The notes under the pieces are model-generated. The model was given only the letters and a program-made list of their open reading frames with translations. It was not told where the DNA came from and searched no databases. The position numbers were made by a program, and so were the translations under genes. A stretch of DNA of 64,000 nt. Source: Lama glama. Its lineage: Eukaryota. The stretch lies in the NCBI GenBank assembly GCA_028534125.1, contig CM052817.1, positions 46,750,001 to 46,814,000 of the forward strand, read 5' to 3'. Below are positions 53,999-64,000 of this stretch, one piece after another; position 1 is the first letter of the stretch; the number at the start of each line of letters is the position of its first letter.

Positions 53999-55596
53999 AC
54001 TGAGGGTCAAATATCTGATAAAGAGTCTCCTCTCTCCCCATAGTAGAATTCAACTTTTTGTTTACATGAGCAATCTGCAAATGAAAAAGAAGTCGCGGGT
54101 AGGTAAACTTAGCTATAAATTTGCTCCAAAGAAAAACATGTCTAGAGTAACCATTTTCAACCAGCAAATTCAAGTTATGTTACTACTGATGAAGATCATT
54201 TATATCCAACAGTGCTTAAATAGATGAGAAATTATTTCTATTTTTTTTTTTGGAAACACCACAAATAAGCTCTTGGTTTGCTATTTTAATGATAGATTTA
54301 AGAAAATTATGGAGAAAATGTTGATAATGCAGATTAAAATTAAAAGTGTATCATGCCATACCACATTGTGAGTAGCACAAAAAAACTGGAGCAATTGTCT
54401 TTTAGTATTTGAAAAGTGTTACCTGATTCAGCAAAGAAGTCACACAGATGACTAGCAAACAAGTGAAGTTCTGACATTAATTCTGAGGGGTTTTCCCCAT
54501 CTTACTTGTAAAGATAAATTAACATATCAACCAACATCATGTTGGAACAACACTTGTTCATTGATTGCAACCATGGGGAAACTATAAATATAAGCATTTG
54601 GTAAAAATCAATGAAAGGATTCTGTGAGAATCAATTGGCTATATGAAACTCACAATAAAGAGTATTATATATATTATTATTATTTGTGAATTGTGTACTA
54701 CACATTCTTTATATCAGTAAACTTTATAAGAAATATATGTGTTTGTACTTTTTCCAAAAAAGCTGATTGCATTTACCAGCGAACAGTAGGAATGCAGAAA
54801 GCTTCTGATACTCCTTAAATGCTTTTATGTTCATAGAATTAACTACTTATAAGGTGTAAGAATCTGTTTCTAATTGCTGTGTTAAATACAAAGATGTAGA
54901 CTTTTCAGGGAGTTAAAAAATCCAACAGAGGAAATAATTGGCATAAATTTAACTACCATAAAAAGCAGTATGAGTAGCCAAAAAGAATAGGAAAAGTAGA
55001 ATGAAGCAGAGTTCTAGTGCACTTTTGTCAGAAACTTTAAGTCTAGAATTAGGAACAATGTTTACACATATTCCTAGACATTAGAAAACTTTTACTACAA
55101 ACTAATAATTAGAATTAGTGCTTATCACAGTGTTTTGTGTATAGTAAATGATCATATTTCTCAAATTGTACTAAAGGCAAATGTGCCAGAAAAAATAAAA
55201 TAAATATCTGCACAGAGAGAGAGATTGGCAAGGACTGGGTTTAAGAAGACCCACAGATGATTAGGCAGAAAAGTAGCAAGGGGCATGGAGAGGAGATAAT
55301 ATTCTAATAGGCACACCTGTGGTGAGACAGATGGTGGAACCAACTAATCCAGGGGGCACAGGTATTTGGCATCTTCAGTAGTTCTACTGGGCTTTACTTT
55401 GAACAGTGTCTTCAAAAGAACAGGGTTGAGAGGAGAGAGAGAGGTAAGTCAATTTATCTGGCCCCTCATTTTGAGTTGCCCTAAAAGAAAAACTTCAGGG
55501 TTCTTTGCAGGGCTTTCAATTTTATTTTGCTTCAGGCGATTTCAGGGGTCTCACTGGTCTCCCCTTATATATAGTCTCATCTCTTATAGACACTTT

Positions 55597-55681
55597 TTTT
55601 AAAATGAAGGTACTGGGGACTGAACCCAGGACTCAATGCATGCTAAGGAAGCACTCTACCACTGAGCTATACCCTCCCCCG
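55597..55681 (-). mobile_element. Camelid tRNA-derived SINE
   Basis: ggtactggggactgaacccaggac...ctctaccactgagctataccctcccc; TSD tatagaCActtt / tatagaTGcttt. Confidence 0.88.
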
Positions 55682-56482
55682 ATATAGATGCTTTTAAAAT
55701 GCACAAATAGAGAATAGGATTTAAGTCAGGTAGATGGTTGAAATTCAAATTAGCTTCAGATTAAATGTTATCAGACAGCAAATAAGTGTCAATGATAGAT
55801 TCTCAGTTCTTCCTTGGTTTTGATGGGGTGAATAGATAAAGAGAAGAATGAAGAATCTGAAGAAGGGTAAAGACTGCAAAAAGAAAAATCTTGGAACAAG
55901 ACAAAATCCTGAGCCTTCACATCTTTGAAACTCAAAAACAAAAAATTGTGGACTAAGATATTTTATAACTGCAATGGTAGTTTAGATTCCATAAAAAATT
56001 TTTGTTTTTAAATCATTTTTAAGTTGAGAAGCCATCCTACAAATATTTAACAGCAGTATCAAAATGAGTGTATTGATTTTATTTCACTGATTTCTGTGTC
56101 AGAAGGATGCACTCATTGTTTCATTTCATAGTGTGGTACACGGAAATAAGACACCATAATATCTAGAGTCTTCTGCATTTAAAAGATTAACTTACATAAA
56201 CAGAATTTTTCAAGTTGATAAAATGAATAAAAATGGCCTTGGCAGTTTAAAAATAAAAAAGTACACTTACCATAGGTAAAATGTGTAGGGTGAATCCAGA
56301 GTGCATCTAGAGGGAGATTTAAAGTCTTAAAGTTTTAATTTATGAGGGATAGGGAAGGCAGGGAGGGGGAAATTAAATTTGTTAAGTATTTAAATCAGAG
56401 GGAGAGGAGAGAGAACCCTACAAAGTAGTTCTAGGAAGGAAACTGAAGAATGGCAAAGAAACAATTGAAAAGAATATTTGAA

Positions 56483-56760
56483 TCATCTTCAGTTTCTTTC
56501 ATCAATATTTTATAGTTTTCAGAGTTTAGGTTTTTCATCTCCTTGGTTAAGTTTATCCCTAGGTATTGTACTCTTTTTGTAAATTATAAATGGGATTGTT
56601 TTCTTGCTTTCTCTTTTTGATAATTCACAGTTAGTGTATAGAAAAGCAACATATTTCTACATATTAATCTTGTATCCTGCAACTTTACTGAATTCATTAA
56701 TTCTAATAGTTTTTTGGTGGAGAATTTTAGGGTTTTCTATTTATAGTAGCATTTCATCTT
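56483..56760 (-). mobile_element. L1 ORF2 internal fragment
   Basis: Antisense of ...gaattcagtaaagttgcaggatacaagattaat...tacctagggataaacttaaccaaggag. Confidence 0.88.
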
Positions 56761-56994
56761 AATTTTTCAAATTCTTGATTGCAGTACTGGCAGTATCTTC
56801 CTTGACCCAGTTCTGCAAAATGGATTTAGGTGCCGTTCTTGGAAATTTAGATAAAACCTCTTTTTCAGCCCTAGGAATGTATATCTAAGTAAGCCACTTA
56901 ACCTCTCACGGGATAATTCTCTTTTTACATAGTGTGGATTTTGTTGCCTTAAACTGAAACTTGATTACTATACTACCTAATTTATCTTCAAAAT

Positions 56995-57500
56995 AAAACT
57001 GAACAAGGATAATACAAGAATGGAAAATTCTATGAGAATGTCATTTATAAATAGAGATATAAAATCCTAAATAAAAAATAAACAAATCAAATCCAGCACT
57101 GAAGAACCAGAGATAGAGATGACCAAGTAGGATTTATTCCAGGAACTCCAGAATGGCTCAACCTCAAAAAACCAATTGATGTGATTCACCACATTAATAA
57201 ATTAAAGGAATAACTTATGACTATTTCAATTGAGGAAAAACTACATTAGAAAAAGTCAATATGCATTCATGATTTTTTAAAAAATAACAAACCAAGAATA
57301 GAAGAAAATGTGCTTAACTAAAGGTCATTTTAAAAACCTATAAACATCATACTTGTTGACAAAAAAAACTAGAAATATTCTCTTTAGAGTCACAATACAC
57401 AGATGCCCACTAAAGCCCCTGCTTTTCAAAAACATACTGGAGCTCTCAGATGATGAAATCAGAAAAGAAAAATAAATAAAAATTATAAAAATCATGAAGA
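56995..57500 (+). mobile_element. Old L1M ORF2 (RT region) fragment
   Basis: ...atgaccaagtaggatttattccaggaactccagaatggctcaac...gtgattcaccacattaat. Confidence 0.75.
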
Positions 57501-58191
57501 AAGAAGGATTTTATCTATATTCTTCTTTACCTTCATTGTGTAGCAACAAGCCTATTACCCTTCACAAATAAAATAAATCACCTCTGCCAACACCCAAACC
57601 TCCTTATTCTTTTGTTTGTTCAGTGGCATGAATTGCTTAAATGGCCAGTTAACTGTGTCTACCTCCAGTTCAATTAAACTTTACTTTTTCCCCTGTTATA
57701 ACCATTTATTTTAGATATTAAGACATCTAAATTATTGGAAACTAGTGTTCCAAAGACAAGATGTAAAAAATTTATAAGTGGAGTATTATGTATAATTTTG
57801 TAAACCATCTCTTATAATCATTGATTCCCAGATCCATGAATTCTGGCTCTGAGACATATTGTCCCACATACTGGTTGCTGGTTCCAAGCATATAATACAC
57901 CATACAAAACCACATCCTGACCTCTCAAGATACTGCATTCCCAACTAGCACTATAAGATAATCTTCAGGAGTACATTCTGACAACCGATAAGGCAGATGC
58001 TAAGGAATGAACTGTCAACTATAAATTCAATTCCTTGAAGGCAATGCTGTGTGGAATACAATGACTGTAAAAAAAAAGATAGTGAGAAACTCCATGAAGT
58101 CATGTTGCTATCAGAAGCATGGCAAAGAGAAATACAATCTACATCCCTCCTAGCTACCTGCTCTCCACCTACTCTACACAGTTTATGGTAC

Positions 58192-58969
58192 TGTGGCAGA
58201 AAGACCCTAGGTGGGGGGCCCTCAGGATCCCCACCTCCTTGTATTTATGCCTTTGTATAATCCCCTCCTCTTGAGTGTGAGCAGAGCCTGTGACTTGGTT
58301 CTAGCTAACAGACTATGGCAAAGGTAATGGGATGTCACTCCTGTGACTACATTACATTATATGGCAAAAGATGAGGGATATCATTCTCATAATTACATCA
58401 TGCTTTAGAAGTCTCTATCTTAACACACTGGAGCTATGGACTCTCCTTGCAGGTAGGACTAGCTACATAATTTGTGGGGCCCAGTGCAAAAGCAAAATGT
58501 GGGACCCCTAGTGCAAAAATTATTAAGGATTTCAAAACAGTTACAGAAGAGCATTCAACCAAGTTTGGGCCTTCTAAGCTCAGGGTCCTGTATGACAGCA
58601 CAGAACACATGCCCATAAAAGCCAGCTATTCTTGTGGATTCAGTGAAATGCGCAGCCATGTTCATGAAGACTGTATGTCAAAGAAATGTGAATAGCCTTC
58701 AGACAACAGCTAACAAAAATCCAGGCCCTCAGTCATACAGCCAACAATCTGAATAAGCTTAGAATTGGATTCTTCCCTAGTCAAACCTCCAAATGAGAAT
58801 GTAGTCTGGCCAACACCTTGACTGCAGCCTGGTGAGACCCTAAGCAAAGGACTCAGCTAAGCTGTGTATAGACTTCTGACCCATGGAAACTGTGAAATAA
58901 TAAATTTGTGTTGTTATAAGCAGCTAGTTTTGTGATAAATTGTATGTAGCAATAAACAAAACTAATGGA
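58192..58969 (+). mobile_element. MaLR LTR (MLT1E-like)
   Basis: tgtggcag...tgtataatcccctcctcttgagtgtg...gacttctgacccatggaaactgtgaaataataaa...gcaataaacaaaactaat. Confidence 0.8.
58454..58630 (-). mobile_element. MER45A-like MITE nested in the MLT1E-like LTR
   Basis: gctacataatttgtggggcccagtgcaaa...aattattaaggatttcaa; reverse-complement homolog of 38757-38932. Confidence 0.82.
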
Positions 58970-61644
58970 TTTATCACATAGAAGATTGAGGATAAGTTGC
59001 TGCTGCTGGCAAGTTAAGCATTCAGCAGTGGTAACAAAACCAGCCTTCAAAAGCAAACATTGATGTTGCTAAGTCCATGCATAGCCTCTGTTCCTGAAGG
59101 ATTAGGTCCATTAGAAGAGGTCTATCCATGCATTTTACTTCTCAAACTCCCTTGTCTCTAAGATTCCTATCTTCATCTTTCCAGTTCCATTAGCCAATGA
59201 TGATGAATGAGTGCAGTTTCATGACCCAGGCCACACCTTCCATGAAATCTGGAAAATTACCTGAAATAATCAACATACCACCCATTAGAAGGAACTCCTT
59301 CTTATGGTCCTTTAGGGTCAATCTTGAGTGGAGTTGTAAGGCAGTAGCAGTTTACTTCTGCTTGGTGCCAGAAAATCACATAAACTAATCTGTAAGCCAG
59401 AGTCAAATAATTAGGTATTAAGAAACTCCCCACAAGAACTTAAATGAGATTGAGAGGGAAATAACAGTGTGGCAGATAGCTTCCTGAGAATGTGAGTTAT
59501 CTGCATGTGCAATTTACTTGTGTCTGATATTCCTAGGCTTGATTCCTTTTATACTACTTCCATTTGATGATGGAATACTGCTGGACATGACCAACCTTTG
59601 GGTTACTTTTATTTGATAACATGTGGTTAATAGAGGTAAGCTCTGATCAAGCAGTCACTTGGTCTCATGATCAGGGATTTACTGTTTACCTTTATGGTAA
59701 TCATGCCAAGATGCCTCTGTTAAGTGTTTCTAAATAGCTTCTGCCAAACCTAGAATCTTTCATTCTTACTGAAATGAAGGGAGTCCATAAGATGCTGGCA
59801 AGTCTCCTCTCCAACATATTTCTCAAGGGCTTGGTGAAGGGACTACCTTTTGGACTCATTTGAGGAATATAGTTAGGAGTGAGGAGAGCAAGATGCATAT
59901 TAACAAATTAATCCAACATTACTTCCTACCAAATCTTTAATTCTTCTTTCATTTGTTATTTATTGTTTGTCAGTTTCTTTTAATATGAGCTCTTATCTAG
60001 GTTTAAGTCAACCAAAACAGAAAACAATTAAAACCACTCCCAGAAGTTTAAGCTAGGAAATTAAAAGTCAAAATTCTGATAAAGTTACCTGCATAGGTAA
60101 ATTCAGTTAAATCTTAAATTATATTTTTCCTTCTTATTGGTCTAGCATGCTAAGATTCCATTATCATCTATATTGGTCATATTTCTTTTAGCTAATTTTC
60201 AATCTGTACCCTAAATTAAAAATTTGAGAATGTCTTTTTTTTTAACTGTTTAGCATGTTTAGAAACAACACTCCCAGGCCACTTCTGGCGCTCACCTATA
60301 CTAGTCAGCATTTTTAGTTGGAAACAAAAAATAACAAAGTTCAACTAATTTAGGCAAAATAGGAAATTATTAAAAGGATTTTGGGTAGCTCATGGAATCA
60401 TTAGGGAGCCTAGATAATTATAAAATTTAACCTTGTGCAATGACATACACAGTTGTCCAGAGTTCTTCTCATCTCATGAATTAACTCCCAATTCGGAGTA
60501 CAAAGCCAAGATTGCATGTCCATATCCTAGGTGCCAGGGAAGCTGAGATAGCAAGTATTTGACATTTTCAGTGTTTATTGTGGAAAGTAGTCTCTACTTT
60601 CCATCATATTCATCAAATGGGAAGTTCTCAAAGCACAGGAAGTCAAATTAGTAGGTGTGCAGACAAAATAAGTAAGAGATGTCAGCTATGATTGAAATTA
60701 TATATACTATATACACTCTGTGATCCACAAATTCTGCCTCTAGAATTTCTAAAGAAATTCTCACACACAAACAATACAAGAAAAAGGATATTTCCTTAAC
60801 TGTTTTACGTAATAACAAAAATGTGGGGGGAACACACAAATGGCATTGATAAAGGATTAGGTAAGTAGGTTGTGATATGGCAATATTGTCTTTATTAAAA
60901 TTCAGATATTGAAAAACTACTTTGTCAGACACAGTGCTAAGCACTGTAGACAGAGACTGGGATGGGAAGGGGAGAGGGTTACACATATGAATTTTAAGAA
61001 GACCGCTTTTGAGATGTTGCCATTGGAGTAGAAGGATAGACACATCAGTATATCACTGGGGCATATGCAATGTATCAGAGGCTCAAGTGGATCCTGTAAA
61101 TGGTGTTGTGATGGTACAGTCAGAAGCATCTAACTGTCTGCATTAGTGGGAGAGGTATCACAATGGAAGAAGACACATATATATGTTAGGTCTTAAAATA
61201 GGTACAAGAGTATATAAGGTAAAGAATAAGAGGTGCATTCCAGGCAATATAAATTTTATTTGTAGAGTCAGTAAGGGTGTTCTAGCACAATGTTTTTCTG
61301 AAAAGTGTTTTTAAAGTTTTTGTCATTGTTTATATTAAACAAACAAACAGTTCTTTGTGGCAGTGCTATAGCATGGAAGAAAATCTCCTGGAAGAAAATT
61401 TAAGTTTCATAAGACCCCATCTTCAACCTTAAACTGAAGTAAAACATAAAGTAAACCAACAGAAAAAGCACATAACACTCCACATAACACTTTTGTCCAC
61501 TTAAATCTCTGCCATTGTCATATTACACCATTGAAAAAGTTTCCTACAAGTAATGTAATTATAATTTGGCCAAATAAACCATGCCAACATTCATTCACAG
61601 AAAACTAATCAATAAAAAAATTGATGCCAAAAAATTAAGCAACC

Positions 61645-64000
61645 TGTAAAAGAAGATAGGTTCCTAGAAATACACAACCTACCAAAACTGAGTTATGAAG
61701 AAACAGAAAATCTGAACAGAACAAATTACTAGCAAGGAGATTGAATCAGTAATCAAAAACATCCTAACAAAGAAAAGTCCAGGACCAGATGGTGAATTCT
61801 ACCAGATATTTAAAGAAGAGCTAATATCAATTCTTTTCAACTTTTTTAAAACAATAGAAAATGAGGGAACACTTCCAAACTCATTTCATAAATCCAGCAT
61901 CACCCTGATACCAAAATCAGACAAGGATACTACAAGAAAAGAAAATTATAGGTCAATATCTCTGATGAATATAGATGCAAAAATCCCCAACAAAATATTA
62001 GCAAATTGAATTCCACAGAACAGTTAAAGGATCATACACCATCATCAAAAAGGACTTTTTTCCTAGGATGCAAGGATGGTTCAACATACACAAAACAATG
62101 TGATAACAAAATGAAGAATAAAAATCATATGATCATCTGAATAGATCTGAAAAAGCATTGACAAAATTCAACAACCAATCAGGCATGATAAAAACTCTCA
62201 GCAAAGGTATAGAGGGAACATACCTCAAAATAATAAAGACCATACATGGCAAGCCACAGCTAATATCATATTCAACAGTGAAAAGCTGAAAGCTTTTCCT
62301 CTAAGATCAAGAACAAGACAAGAATGCTCATTCTCACCATTCCTCTTCAACATAGTACTGGGAGACCTAGCTACAGTAGTTAGGCACAAAAAGAAAGGAA
62401 GGAAGGAAGGAAGGGAGGGAGGGAGGGAGGGAGGAAGGAAGGAAGGAAGAAAAGAAAGAAAAGTCATCCAAAGGAAAAAAGAAAAATTTTCTCTATTTGC
62501 AAATGACATAACATTATACAAAGAAAAGAACATACATATAGAAAGAAGAACAAAGCTGGAGATACCATGTTCCTGACTTCAAACTATATTACAAAGCTAG
62601 AGTAATCCAAACAGCATGGTATTGGCATAAAAAGAGATGTATAGGTCAATGCAACAGAATAGAGAGCCCAGAAATAAACCAATGCATATATGGTCAACTC
62701 TTATAAATTCAAAAAAATTAAATATAATTAACAAGGGGAGCCAAGAGCACACAAGGGGAAAAAGATAGTCTCTTCAATAAATGTTGGGAAAACTGGACAG
62801 CTTCATACAAAAGAATGAAGCTATACCCCTATCTTACACCACTCACAAAAATTAACTTGAAATGAATTAAAGACTTGAATGTAAGACCTGAAACCATAAA
62901 ACTCCTAGACAAAAACATAGGTGGTAAGCCTTTTGACATTGGTCTTGGTAATAACTTTTTGGATTTGACACCAAAAGGAAAGACAATGATAGCAAAAATA
63001 AACAAGTGGGGTACATCAAACTAAAAAGCTTCTACATAGCAAAAGAAACCACAAACAAAATAAAAAGTCAACTTATGGAATAGGAGAAAATACTTGTAAA
63101 TCATACATCTGGTAAAGGATTAATATCCAAAATAGGTATAAAATTATGTAACTTAATAGCATAAAATCAAGCAATTTAATTTAAAAATGAGCAGAGGAAC
63201 TGAGTAGACATTTTCCCAAAGAAGACATACAAGTGGCCAACAGGTATGTGAAAAGGTGCTCAACATCACTAATCATCAGAGAAATACGTGTCAAAACCAC
63301 AATGAAATATCACCTCACATCTGTTAGAGTAGTTATTACTAAAAAAAAAACCAAGAGATAAAAAGTATTGGCGAGAATGTGGAGAAAAGAGAACACTTGT
63401 ACACTGTTGGTGGGAATGTAAAATGGTGCAGCCACTATGGAAAACAATATAGAAGCTCCTTAAAGGATTAAAAATAAAACTACAATGATCAAACATCCCA
63501 AATCTAGATTTAGCTAAAAGAAATGAAAACAGACTATTGATGTGATGTTTGCACTTCCATATTCATTGCAGCATTATTTACAACAGCCAAAATACAGAAA
63601 CAACCTAAGTGTCCATCAAAGAATAAATTGATAAAGAAAATATGGTATATAGAAAACATATACATATGCATATATAACAATGGAATATTATTTAGCCATG
63701 AGAAAGAAGGAAATCCTGCCACATGTGGTAACATGGATGGATGTTAAAGTCCTTATGCTAAGAGAAATAAGCCAAATGGAGACAGAAAAATATTGCATGG
63801 CATCACCCACATATGAAATCTTTAAAAAAAATAATAAAGTCAAATTCATAGAAACAGAAAATAGAAAAGTGGTTTCCAGGAATTGGGGAGTCGGGTAAAG
63901 TGCAAGAGGTTGGTGAAAGGGCACAGAATTTCAGCTATAAAATGAGTAAGATCTGAGGATCGAATGTAAAACATGGTGACTATATAGTTAATAACACTGG
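61645..64000 (+). mobile_element. L1MA-type ORF2 plus 3' UTR, internally deleted, running off the window
   Basis: RT-region sequence (ccctgataccaaaatcagacaagga; gcttttcctctaagatcaagaacaagacaag) and 3' UTR ...atgagtaagatctgaggatcgaatgtaaaacatggtgactata. Confidence 0.93.
62390..62462 (+). repeat. (GGAA)n/(GGGA)n purine microsatellite inside the L1
   Basis: aagaaaggaaggaaggaaggaagggagggagggagggagggaggaaggaaggaaggaag. Confidence 0.95.

Larger units (their letters stand above)
57821..59850 (-). mobile_element. Degenerate ERVL-type internal pol (RNase H/integrase) remnant, split by a MaLR LTR
   Basis: Minus-strand peptides TTAECLTCQQQ (integrase Zn finger, ~59000-59035), GEQVARRDVDCI (~58130-58166) and LYAWNQQPVCGTICLRARIHGSGNQ (~57821-57895) resemble ERVL pol motifs. 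Confidence 0.7.

Noticed and set aside
53817..54227. 136-aa plus-strand ORF
   Set aside because: Antisense frame of the STX8 retrocopy running into unique DNA, with a non-ATG start.
1..64000. CRISPR array, prokaryote-style operon or novel multi-gene system
   Set aside because: The DNA is eukaryotic, and I saw no regularly spaced repeat-spacer array and no unexplained long ORFs. Recurrent sequences are accounted for by dispersed SINE, LINE, LTR and MITE copies.

Overview
This is mammalian genomic DNA, most likely camelid: it carries Vic-1/CHR-like tRNA-derived SINEs and cetartiodactyl-type L1 3' ends. The only functional protein-coding gene is the 5' end of serum albumin (ALB, minus strand). 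Exons 1-3 lie at 2279-2357, 1484-1541 and 373-505, with the classical liver promoter (TATA, HNF1, CCAAT, C/EBP site D, NF1 site) at about 2421-2540. The remaining ~61 kb is ALB upstream intergenic DNA, dense in L1, L2, MIR, MaLR/ERVL and DNA-transposon remnants. It holds two processed pseudogenes: a full-length ferritin light chain (FTL) retrocopy with an intact iron-responsive element and an 18-bp TSD, and a 3' syntaxin-8 (STX8) retrocopy whose poly(A) signal was hit by a later L1. Notable points: albumin begins D-T-Y-K (no His3, so no ATCUN Cu/Ni site); a 47-bp local templated insertion sits inside an L1; there are two candidate liver enhancers and a candidate CTCF site facing ALB. I found no convincing evidence for a wholly new biological system. 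Repeat subfamily names come from recalled consensus sequences, not a database search, and repeat boundaries are approximate unless a TSD is given.
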